Shown here: one piece after another, positions 8,655 to 17,571 of the stretch
Layout of the letters: the number at the start of each line of letters is the position of its first letter
Position numbering within the stretch: the first letter of the stretch is position 1
From: Vicinamibacterales bacterium
Lineage (GTDB): Bacteria; Acidobacteriota; Vicinamibacteria; Vicinamibacterales; CAVVIG01
Length of the DNA: 47,909 nt
NCBI GenBank assembly: GCA_025450765.1
Contig: JANWLS010000199.1
Span: 1-47,909 of the forward strand
Direction: 5' to 3'
Notes under the pieces: model-generated
The model's input: only the letters and a program-made list of their open reading frames with translations
The model's database searches: none
What the model was told of the DNA's origin: nothing
Translations under genes and position numbers: made by a program

Positions 8655-11480
8655 ATGACGACTCGGATGTGTGGGCTGATCGTGGCGCTCTCCGCCGCAC
8701 TCGCCCTCACCATGACTTCGTCGGCCGCGCTGAGCGCGCAACAGGCGACGCCGCCTGCGACGGCGACGTCTGCCGCGCAGCGCGCGATGTCGCCGGCCGC
8801 GCAGAAGGCGCTCGTGCAGAAGTACTGCGTCACCTGCCACAACGATGCCCAGATGACGGGGGGCCTCTCGCTGGAGTCGTTCAATCCCTCCAAGGTCGAT
8901 CCGAGCGTGGCCGGTTTGATGGTCGGCAAGTTGAAGCGGCACGCGATGCCGCCGGCCGGCATGCCGCAGCCGGACAACGCGACGCGCGACGCGTTCATCA
9001 CCGCCTTGTCGGCCGAAGCGGTGAACGCGCCCGCCGGGTCGCACGCCGACGCGAAGACCGCGGCTCCGCCGCAGATGCCGCACGTGGTCGGGGCGCCGAA
9101 GATCGTGTCGTTCGTGCATCACGGCGACGTGATGTCGGTGGCCGAGCAGAACACGATGGTGCACACCATCTGCACGCAGTGCCACGTCGACCAGATCAAG
9201 CCTGGCGGCCTCTCGTTCCAGCACTTCGACATGGCGCAGGCCACGGCCCACCCGAAGATCGCCGAAGACATGCTCGCCAAGCTGCGCGCCGGGATGATGC
9301 CGAAGGCGAGCGCGCCGGTCCGGCCCGACGCGGCGTCGATTCATGCGTTCGTCGTGTCGCTCGAGCACCGGATCGATCGCGCCGCCGCGGCGCATCCCGA
9401 TCCGGGCACGCGCACCTTCCAGCGGCTCAATCGGACGGAGTACACGGACTCCATCCGTACGATGCTCGGCTTGTCGGTGGACGTGAGCCAGTGGCTCCCG
9501 CCCGACACCATGAGCCACAACTTCGACAACATCGCGGACGTGCAGCAGATGTCGCCGACGCTGCTCCAGAGCTATCTGGATGCGGCGGATGAAATCAGCC
9601 GGCTGGCGATCGGCGATCCGCACGCGGTCGCTTCGTCACTGACGTATCCAGCGAGCCCGACCGGTTCCCAGATGCAGCACGTGCCGGGCGCCCCGTACGG
9701 AACGCGCGGCGGCGTGTCGGCCGTCCACATCTTCCCGGCCGACGGCACCTACACCTTCAACGTGCTCTTCTTCGGCGTGCCGACGGGGCAGCTGTATGGA
9801 TCGACGGTGAAGGACGAGCACGTCGAGATTTCGATCGACGGCCAACGCGTGGCGCTGCTCGCGATCGACCCGCACATGAGCGAGTCGAGCCCCCACGGCC
9901 TCAACCTCACGACCGCGCCGATCCAGGTGAAGGCCGGTCCGCATCGCGTCGCGGCCGCGTTCCCGAAGCGGTTCGACGGCCCGATCGACGACCTGCTCAA
10001 GCCGCATCGCTACACGCTGGCCGACACGCAGATCGGCGACGGCCAGGGCGTGACGACGCTCCCGCACGTGCGGACGCTCACGGTCACCGGCCCGCTGCAC
10101 GTCACCGGCGTGTCAGACACGATCAGCCGCGACAGGATCTTCAGTTGCCGGCCGGTGAGCGCGGCCGACGAAGTGCCGTGCGCGACCTCGATCATCAAGC
10201 GCCTGGCGGCGGAAGCCTACCGGCGGCCCGTGAGCGCGACCGACCTGCAGCCGCTGCTCAACTTCTACCAGCTCGGACGCAGGCAGGGCGATTTCGAGAA
10301 CGGGATCCGGATGGCGCTCGAGGCGATTCTCGCCAGCCCGCACTTCCTCTTCCGCCTCGAGCCGCGGCCGGTCACGGTGTCGGCGGGCCAGAACTATCAG
10401 ATCCCGGACATGGCGCTCGCCTCGCGCCTGTCCTACTTCCTGTGGGCCACGCCACCCGACGCGACGCTCATCACGCTGGCGCAGCAGGGGCGCTTGCATC
10501 AGTCCACGGTGCTCGACGCGCAGGTGCACCGGATGCTGCAGGATCCGCGTGCCTACGCGCTCTCGACGCGGTTTGCGGCGCAGTGGCTGCGGCTGCAGGA
10601 CGTGGACAAGGTCCGGCCCGACGCCCTCCAGTATCCGCAGTACGACGCGACGCTCGCCGAGGCGATGAAGACGGAAACCGAGGACTTCTTCAACAGCATC
10701 GTCACGGGCGATCACGACGTGCTCGATTTGCTGACGGCCGACTACACCTACGCCAATCAGGAGCTCGCGGCGTTCTACGGCATCGACGGCGTGGCCGGAC
10801 CGCAGTTCCGGAAGGTGTCGCTCGCCGGGACGCACCGGCGGGGGATTCTCGGTGAAGGCGCCATCCAGGTGGAGCCGTCGGTCGCCGATCGCAGCGATCC
10901 GGTGCTGCGCGGCAAGTGGGTGCTCGAAGTGCTGCTCGGCCAGCCACCCCCGCCGCCGCCGCCGAACGTCGACACGAATCTCGACGACTCCGCCAAGGCG
11001 GTGCAGGGCGGCAAGACGCTCTCGGTGCGCCAGCGGATGGAGGAGCATCGCGCGAATCCATTCTGCGCGTCGTGTCACAGCGTGATCGATCCGATCGGCC
11101 TGTCGCTCGAGAACTTCGGGCCGTCGGGACACTGGCGGATTCGGGACAACGGCGTGCCGGTCGATGCGTCGACGGTGCTCTACGACGGCACGGCCATGAA
11201 CGGCCTCGACGGGCTCGAGCAGGCGATGCTCGGGCACCGGGACACGTTCCTGCGGGTATTCACGGAGAACCTGATGGCGTACGCGCTGGGGCGGCAGGTC
11301 GAGTACTTCGACATGCCGACGGTGCGCGCCGTCATCCATCGGGCGGCGCAGCACGGCAACCGCTTTTCCTCGTACGTGATTGGCATCGTCGAAAGCGATG
11401 CCTTCCGCATGAGCCGGGCGGGCGCTCTGAGCGCGGCAAATGCGGATCACCAGGACCATCAGAAAAACGGATCGAACTGA
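8655..11480 (+). CDS. DUF1592-family (PSD/PSCyt domain) multiheme cytochrome c protein, copy 1
   Basis: Signal peptide; CVTCH+MPP, CTQCH+MMPK, CASCH; RLNRTEY, FDNIA, LASPHFLFR, ALASRLSYFLW, RGKWVLE, PPPPPP, DPIGLSLENF; start reassigned to ATG 8655. Confidence 0.9.
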   Translation: MTTRMCGLIVALSAALALTMTSSAALSAQQATPPATATSAAQRAMSPAAQKALVQKYCVTCHNDAQMTGGLSLESFNPSKVDPSVAGLMVGKLKRHAMPPAGMPQPDNATRDAFITALSAEAVNAPAGSHADAKTAAPPQMPHVVGAPKIVSFVHHGDVMSVAEQNTMVHTICTQCHVDQIKPGGLSFQHFDMAQATAHPKIAEDMLAKLRAGMMPKASAPVRPDAASIHAFVVSLEHRIDRAAAAHPDPGTRTFQRLNRTEYTDSIRTMLGLSVDVSQWLPPDTMSHNFDNIADVQQMSPTLLQSYLDAADEISRLAIGDPHAVASSLTYPASPTGSQMQHVPGAPYGTRGGVSAVHIFPADGTYTFNVLFFGVPTGQLYGSTVKDEHVEISIDGQRVALLAIDPHMSESSPHGLNLTTAPIQVKAGPHRVAAAFPKRFDGPIDDLLKPHRYTLADTQIGDGQGVTTLPHVRTLTVTGPLHVTGVSDTISRDRIFSCRPVSAADEVPCATSIIKRLAAEAYRRPVSATDLQPLLNFYQLGRRQGDFENGIRMALEAILASPHFLFRLEPRPVTVSAGQNYQIPDMALASRLSYFLWATPPDATLITLAQQGRLHQSTVLDAQVHRMLQDPRAYALSTRFAAQWLRLQDVDKVRPDALQYPQYDATLAEAMKTETEDFFNSIVTGDHDVLDLLTADYTYANQELAAFYGIDGVAGPQFRKVSLAGTHRRGILGEGAIQVEPSVADRSDPVLRGKWVLEVLLGQPPPPPPPNVDTNLDDSAKAVQGGKTLSVRQRMEEHRANPFCASCHSVIDPIGLSLENFGPSGHWRIRDNGVPVDASTVLYDGTAMNGLDGLEQAMLGHRDTFLRVFTENLMAYALGRQVEYFDMPTVRAVIHRAAQHGNRFSSYVIGIVESDAFRMSRAGALSAANADHQDHQKNGSN

Positions 11481-11492
11481 GGGAGGATGAGA

Positions 11493-12923
11493 ATGTTTCT
11501 CACACAGAAGAAGCTGTCGCGCCGCACGGTCCTGAAGGGGATGGGCGTCACCATGGCGCTGCCGTTTCTCGACGCCATGGTTCCGGCCGGCAAGGCGTGG
11601 GCGAAGACGCCGGCTGGCCAGGCCATGAGCCAACCGCGGCTGGTCGCGATGGAGATGGTGCACGGCTGCGCGGGAAGCGCGCACCTGGGCTGGAACGAGA
11701 ACATGTGGTCGCCGGCCAAGGCCGGGAGCGACTTCGACATCACCCAGTCGAGCCTGAAGTCGCTCCAGCCGCTGCGCGACTACCTGACCATCGTCAGCAA
11801 CACGCGGAATCATGCCGCCGAAGCGTGGTCGGCGCCGGAAGTCGGCGGCGATCACTTCCGCTCGAGCGCGACCTACCTGACGCAGGCGCACCCGAAGCAG
11901 ACCGAAGGATCGGACATCCACGACGGCGTCTCGATCGACCAGATCTACGCGCAGGTGCACGGCAAGTCGCTCGCCATCCCCTCGATGCAGCTCTGTATCG
12001 AGCCGGTGGACCAGGGCGGCGGCTGCGCCTACGGCTACGCCTGCGTCTACATGGACACGATCTCCTGGGCCTCCCCGACCGAACCGCTGCCGATGATCCG
12101 CGACCCCCGCGCGGTCTTCAACCAGCTGTTCGGCCTGGGGGGCACTCCCCAGGATCGCGCGCAGCGCCGGCAGGCCAACGCGAGCATCCTGGACTGGCTC
12201 ACCAGCCAGGTCTCCGATCTGAAGCGCGATCTCGGCCCGCAGGATCGGGTGAAGCTGACCAACTATCTCGATGACGTGCGCGAGATCGAGCGGCGGATCC
12301 AGAACGTCGAGGCACGCAACAAGAGCGGCGCGATGCGCGACCTGCCCGAGGCGCCGATCGGCGTGCCCGACTCGTTCCACGAGCACGTGCACCTGATGAT
12401 GGACCTCATCGCCGCCGCCTTCCAGTCGGATCTCACGCGGACGTTCACCTTCAAGCTCGGACGCGATGCGTCGGGCCGTGTCTACCCGGGTGCCGGCGGC
12501 AAGGCGGCGACGGCGGCGTTCCATCCGACATCGCATCACCAGGAGAAGGAAGACCGCCTGCGCATCTTCCAGGCGATCAACACCTATCACGTGAGCATGG
12601 TGCCCTACCTGGCCAACAAGCTGAAGAGCATCCAGGAGGCCGACGGCAACCTGCTCGAGAAGAGCCTGCTGATCTACGGATCGCCGATGGGCGACTCGAA
12701 CCTCCACAACCACGTGCGGCTGCCGCTCTTCATGGTGGGCCACGCGGCCGGCCAGCTGAAGGGGAACAACCACATCATCGCGCCCGACAACACGCCGATG
12801 GCCAATGTGTGGCTGACCGTCCTCAACATGCTCGGCGTGCAGAAGGACAAGTTCCAGAACAGCACGAACGCCATGGACCTCAACTCGGCCGGTGTGATCA
12901 CGACCACGTCGACCGCGGCCTAG
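11493..12923 (+). CDS. DUF1552 (HxxSHH) family Tat-exported protein, copy 1
   Basis: LSRRTVLKG twin-arginine signal, LPFLDAM, SIDQIYA, CAYGYAC, FHPTSHH, GSPMGDSNLHNH; GGAGG RBS spacing favours ATG 11493. Confidence 0.9.
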   Translation: MFLTQKKLSRRTVLKGMGVTMALPFLDAMVPAGKAWAKTPAGQAMSQPRLVAMEMVHGCAGSAHLGWNENMWSPAKAGSDFDITQSSLKSLQPLRDYLTIVSNTRNHAAEAWSAPEVGGDHFRSSATYLTQAHPKQTEGSDIHDGVSIDQIYAQVHGKSLAIPSMQLCIEPVDQGGGCAYGYACVYMDTISWASPTEPLPMIRDPRAVFNQLFGLGGTPQDRAQRRQANASILDWLTSQVSDLKRDLGPQDRVKLTNYLDDVREIERRIQNVEARNKSGAMRDLPEAPIGVPDSFHEHVHLMMDLIAAAFQSDLTRTFTFKLGRDASGRVYPGAGGKAATAAFHPTSHHQEKEDRLRIFQAINTYHVSMVPYLANKLKSIQEADGNLLEKSLLIYGSPMGDSNLHNHVRLPLFMVGHAAGQLKGNNHIIAPDNTPMANVWLTVLNMLGVQKDKFQNSTNAMDLNSAGVITTTSTAA

Positions 12924-12937
12924 GAGCGGACATCGTG

Positions 12938-14680
12938 ATGAGACCAGCTTCGGCCATTCGCGCAGGTTTGACGTTGGCAGTGGCGGTGTGCCTCACGGCA
13001 CTCGTCACCGCCGCGCCGAGCATGACGCCGGTGGCTGATGCGGCGATGAACAGCGAGCCTGGCCAGGTGAAAACACTCCTGGAGCAGGGCGCCGACGTCA
13101 ACACGGCTCAGCACGACGGGATGACCGCGCTCCACTGGGCGGCGCTCAATGGCGACGAGGCGCTGGCGAAGATGCTGCTGGTGGCCGGGGCGGATGCCAA
13201 TGCGGCGACGCGGGTCGGCGGCTACACGCCGCTCGATATCGCCGCGAAGGATGGTCACGCGGACCTGGTGAAGGTGCTGCTCGACGGCGGGGCCGACGCC
13301 AGGCGCGTCGATCTGCACGGCACGACGCCGCTGATGCTGGCGGCGGCCTCCGGCAGCGTGCCGGCCGTGCTCGATCTCCTGAAGGCGGGGGCGGATGTGA
13401 ACGCCACCGAGCACGTCAAGGGCGAGACGGCCTTGATGTTCGCGGCCGGCAGCGGCCGCACCGACGTGATCAAGACGCTGCTCGCGCACGGCGCCGATTG
13501 GAAACCGGCGTCGAAGGTCCTCGACTGGACGAAGCTGCCGAAGGACGATCCCCGTCTTGGCGGCGCCGGCCGCCGGCAGGCCGCGGCGGGCGCGGCGAAG
13601 AAGGGCAGCAAGGGCCCGGCCGGAAAAGCGGCGGACGCGTCCGCTGACGCGACGAAGACGCCGAAATTCACCCAGCCGCTGTCGTACGTCCAGCTTGTCG
13701 GGACGCAGGGCGGCATGACCGCCTTGATGCTCGCCGTGCGCCAGGGCGACCTGCCGAGCGTGCAGGCGCTCGTCGACGGCGGCGCGGACGTGAACGAGGT
13801 GAACCCCGGGGACCGCAGCAGCCCGCTGCTCATCGCGACGATCAACGGCAATTTCGACGTCGCCGAGTACCTCCTCGCGCACGGCGCGGATCCGAACCTC
13901 GCCAGCAAGGCGGGGGCGACGCCGCTCTACGCGACGATCAACGTGCAGTGGGCGCCGAAGGCGTTCTATCCGCAGCCCAATCCGTTCCAGCAGCAGACGA
14001 CTTATCTGCAGATGATGTCGGACCTGCTGAAACACGGCGCCAACCCGAACGCGCGCCTCACCGAGCGTCTCTGGTACACGGGCTACAACTTCGATCAGGC
14101 GGCCGTGGACGCCGCCGGCTCGACGCCCTTCTGGCGTGCCGCGCAGTCGACGGATCTTGCGGCGATGAAGCTGCTCGTCGCGCACGGCGCCGACCCGCGC
14201 ATCTGGAGCGAGGTGACGCCCGAGCGCGGCCTGCCGAACGGGGGGAACCGGAACGATACCCTCACGAAGGCCCAGCTCCTGGCGCAGCAGGAAGCGCGCG
14301 AGAAGAAGCTCGGCAGCCCCGCGGTGAGCCCGTTCCTCGTGGCGTCGGGCGCCGGCTGGAACGGCAACTTCAACGTGAACGCCCCGGGCAGCTGGATGCC
14401 GACGATCCGCTACTTCGTCGAGCAGCTGCACGTGGACGTCAATCAACGCGACGATAACGGCTACACGGCCCTGCACTATGCGGCGGCGCGCGGCGACAAC
14501 GAGATGATTCTCTATCTCGTCTCGAAGGGCGCCGATCCGACGCTCGTGGCCGACGATGGCATGACGACGGTGGACATGGCGAACGGTCCGAAGCAGCGCA
14601 TCAATCCGTTTCCGACGACGATTGCGCTGCTCGAAGGGCTGGGCGCCCGGATGATGCACAAATGCGTGTCGTGCGGCTGA
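12938..14680 (+). CDS. Exported ankyrin-repeat protein, copy 1 (ends HKCVSCG)
   Basis: Signal peptide; repeated G.T(A/P)L..AA..G...LL..GAD.N ankyrin units; AGGAG RBS. Confidence 0.9.
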   Translation: MRPASAIRAGLTLAVAVCLTALVTAAPSMTPVADAAMNSEPGQVKTLLEQGADVNTAQHDGMTALHWAALNGDEALAKMLLVAGADANAATRVGGYTPLDIAAKDGHADLVKVLLDGGADARRVDLHGTTPLMLAAASGSVPAVLDLLKAGADVNATEHVKGETALMFAAGSGRTDVIKTLLAHGADWKPASKVLDWTKLPKDDPRLGGAGRRQAAAGAAKKGSKGPAGKAADASADATKTPKFTQPLSYVQLVGTQGGMTALMLAVRQGDLPSVQALVDGGADVNEVNPGDRSSPLLIATINGNFDVAEYLLAHGADPNLASKAGATPLYATINVQWAPKAFYPQPNPFQQQTTYLQMMSDLLKHGANPNARLTERLWYTGYNFDQAAVDAAGSTPFWRAAQSTDLAAMKLLVAHGADPRIWSEVTPERGLPNGGNRNDTLTKAQLLAQQEAREKKLGSPAVSPFLVASGAGWNGNFNVNAPGSWMPTIRYFVEQLHVDVNQRDDNGYTALHYAAARGDNEMILYLVSKGADPTLVADDGMTTVDMANGPKQRINPFPTTIALLEGLGARMMHKCVSCG

Positions 14681-14708
14681 CGCGCGACCAACGACGGGAT
14701 ATCTGGTC

Positions 14709-17561
14709 ATGATGAAACGCGTAAGCGGAATTCTGGTGGCACTCGCGGGCGGCCTGGCGCTCGGCTTCGGGCTGCAGGCGAGTCCGGCGGCGCAGCAGGC
14801 GTCGGCGAACTCGACCACGGCGCCTCCCGCGGCCACGGCCAGCGCCAGCGCGCAGGGGACGATGTCGCCCGCGGCGCAGAAGGCGGTCGTGCAGAAGTAC
14901 TGCGTCACCTGCCACAACGACGCGCAGATGACGGGCGGGCTCTCCCTGCAGCAGTTCGACGCCACGAAAGTGGATCCGAGCATCGCCGGCCTGATGGTCG
15001 GCAAGCTGAAGGCGCACGCGATGCCCCCGGCGGGGATGCCGCAGCCGGACAACGCCACGCGCGCCGCGTTCATCGCGGCGCTGCAGGCGGAGGCGGTCGG
15101 GCAGAAGGGATCCTCGAAGCCGTCGAGCGCGAGCGCGGCGCCGCCGAAGATGCCGTCGCGGACCGGACCGGCGAAGATCGTCAGCTTCGTGCACCACGGC
15201 GACGTGATGTCGGTGGCCGAGCAGGACAAGATGGTGCACGCCATCTGCACCCAGTGCCACATCGACGCGATCAAGCCGGGCGGGCTGTCGTTCGAGCACC
15301 TGCACATGGCCGATCTGCCGGTGAAGCACCCTGATATCGCCGAGAACATGATCGCCAAGCTGCAGGCGGGGATGATGCCGAAGGCGAGCGCGCCGGTCCG
15401 GCCGGACCAGGCGTCCATCAATGCCTTCGTCGCCTCGCTCGAGAGCCGAATCGACAAGCGCGCGGCCACGCATCCCGATCCCGGCTCGCGCACGTTCCAG
15501 CGGCTCAACCGGGTGGAGTACGCCGCCTCGATCAGGAACCTGCTCGGGCTCTCGGTCGACGTGAGCCAGTGGCTGCCGCCCGACACGATGAGCCACAACT
15601 TCGACAACATCGCGGACGTGCAGGAGATGTCGCCGACGCTGCTCCAGGCGTATCTCGATGCCGCCGATGAAATCAGCCGGCTCGCCGTGGGCGATCCGCA
15701 CGTGGTGGCCTCCGCCGCCAGTTACCCGGCGAGCACCACCGCCTCCCAGGTCGAGCACGTCCCCGGGGCGCCGCTCGGCACGCGCGGCGGGCTCTCGGTC
15801 CTTCACGTGTTCCCGGCCGACGGGACCTACAGCTTCAAGGCCCTGCTCTTCGCGGTCTCGACCGGCGGGCTCTTCGGATCGCGGCTCGCCAACCAGCAGA
15901 TCGAAATCTCGATCGACGGCCAGCGCGTGGCGCTGCTGAAGGTCGACCCGCAGATGAGCGAGTCGAAGCCCCACGGGCTCGAGCTGAGCACGCCGCCCAT
16001 CGAAATCAAGGCGGGGCAGCATCGCGTCTCGGCCGCGTTCCTCAAGGAGAGCGACGCCGCCAACGACGACCTGATGGCGCCCGAGCGCTACACGCTCGCC
16101 GACCTCGACATCGGCGACGACTTCGGCGTCACCGAGTATCCGCACCTGCGGATCCTGACGATCACCGGGCCGATGCACGTCACGGGCGTCTCGAACACGA
16201 TCAGCCGCGACAAGATCTTCGTCTGCCGGCCGATCACCGCGGGTGACGAGCTGCCCTGCGCGACGCGGATCGTGCGGAAGCTCGCGACCGAGGCCTATCG
16301 CGCGCCGGTGTCGGCGACCGAGCTGCAGCCGCTGATGAAGTTCTATCAGCTCGGGCGTCAGCAGGGCGATTTCGAGAACGGCATCCGGATGGCGCTCCAG
16401 GCCGTCCTGGCGAGCCCGCACTTCCTCTTCCGGCTCGAGCCGCGGCCGGTCACGGTGAAGGCCGCCGCGAACTACCGGATCCCGGACCTCGCGCTCGCCT
16501 CGCGCCTGTCCTACTTCCTCTGGGCGACGCCGCCCGATGCGACGCTCATCAAGCTGGCGGAGCAGGACCGGCTGCATGAGCCGACCGTGCTCGAAGCGCA
16601 GGTGAAGCGGATGCTGCAGGACCCGCGCGCCTACGCGCTCTCGACCAGGTTCGCGGCCCAGTGGCTCCGCCTGGAGGACGTCGACAAGGTCCGGCCCGAC
16701 GCGCTGATGTATCCGCAGTACGACGCGACGCTCGCCAGGGACATGAAGACGGAAACCGAGGACTTCTTCAACAGCATCGTCACGGGCGACCAGAACGTCC
16801 TCAACCTGCTGACGGCGGACTACACCTACGTGAACCAGGATCTGGCGAACTTCTATGGCATCAAGGGCGTCGCCGGGCCGCAGTTCCAGAAGGTGTCGCT
16901 CGATGGGACGCACCGCCGCGGCATTCTCGGCGAGGGCGCCATCCAGGTGGAGACGTCGGTCGCCGAGCGCAGCGACCCGGTGCTGCGCGGCAAGTGGGTC
17001 CTCGAAGTGCTGCTCGGGCAGCCGCCACCCCCGCCGCCGCCGAACGTCGATACGAACCTGGACGACTCGGCCAAGTCGGTCGAGAACGGCAAGCCGCTCT
17101 CGGTGCGGCAGCGGATGGAAGAGCACCGCGCGAATCCGTTCTGCGCCTCGTGCCACAGCGTGATCGATCCGATCGGGCTCTCGATGGAGAACTTCGGGCC
17201 TTCGGGTCACTGGCGGATTCGTGACAACGGCGTGGACGTGGACAACTCGACGACGCTCTACGACGGCACGAAGATGGTGGGGCTGGACGGCCTGGTGACC
17301 GCGATGATGAAGCACCAGGACACGTTCCTCACCGTGTTCACCGAAAACCTGATGGCCTACGCGCTTGGCCGGCAGGTCGAGTACTTCGACATGCCGACCG
17401 TGCGGGCCGTGATCGACCAGGCGAAGCGGCACGGCAACCATTTCTCCTCGTACGTGATGGGGATCGTCCAGAGCGACGCGTTCCGGATGAGCCGGGCCGG
17501 CACGCTGACGGCTGACAGCGCGGACGTCCATCAAAACCACGCGGCGACGAAGGGGCACTGA
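14709..17561 (+). CDS. DUF1592-family multiheme cytochrome c protein, copy 2
   Basis: Same architecture and three CxxCH motifs as copy 1, with long near-identical stretches. Confidence 0.9.
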   Translation: MMKRVSGILVALAGGLALGFGLQASPAAQQASANSTTAPPAATASASAQGTMSPAAQKAVVQKYCVTCHNDAQMTGGLSLQQFDATKVDPSIAGLMVGKLKAHAMPPAGMPQPDNATRAAFIAALQAEAVGQKGSSKPSSASAAPPKMPSRTGPAKIVSFVHHGDVMSVAEQDKMVHAICTQCHIDAIKPGGLSFEHLHMADLPVKHPDIAENMIAKLQAGMMPKASAPVRPDQASINAFVASLESRIDKRAATHPDPGSRTFQRLNRVEYAASIRNLLGLSVDVSQWLPPDTMSHNFDNIADVQEMSPTLLQAYLDAADEISRLAVGDPHVVASAASYPASTTASQVEHVPGAPLGTRGGLSVLHVFPADGTYSFKALLFAVSTGGLFGSRLANQQIEISIDGQRVALLKVDPQMSESKPHGLELSTPPIEIKAGQHRVSAAFLKESDAANDDLMAPERYTLADLDIGDDFGVTEYPHLRILTITGPMHVTGVSNTISRDKIFVCRPITAGDELPCATRIVRKLATEAYRAPVSATELQPLMKFYQLGRQQGDFENGIRMALQAVLASPHFLFRLEPRPVTVKAAANYRIPDLALASRLSYFLWATPPDATLIKLAEQDRLHEPTVLEAQVKRMLQDPRAYALSTRFAAQWLRLEDVDKVRPDALMYPQYDATLARDMKTETEDFFNSIVTGDQNVLNLLTADYTYVNQDLANFYGIKGVAGPQFQKVSLDGTHRRGILGEGAIQVETSVAERSDPVLRGKWVLEVLLGQPPPPPPPNVDTNLDDSAKSVENGKPLSVRQRMEEHRANPFCASCHSVIDPIGLSMENFGPSGHWRIRDNGVDVDNSTTLYDGTKMVGLDGLVTAMMKHQDTFLTVFTENLMAYALGRQVEYFDMPTVRAVIDQAKRHGNHFSSYVMGIVQSDAFRMSRAGTLTADSADVHQNHAATKGH

Positions 17562-17571
17562 GAGGGATCAG

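Noticed and set aside
14657-14680. Ankyrin C-terminal CxxC as a heme c site
   Set aside because: Motif is HKCxSCG, with no His after the second Cys
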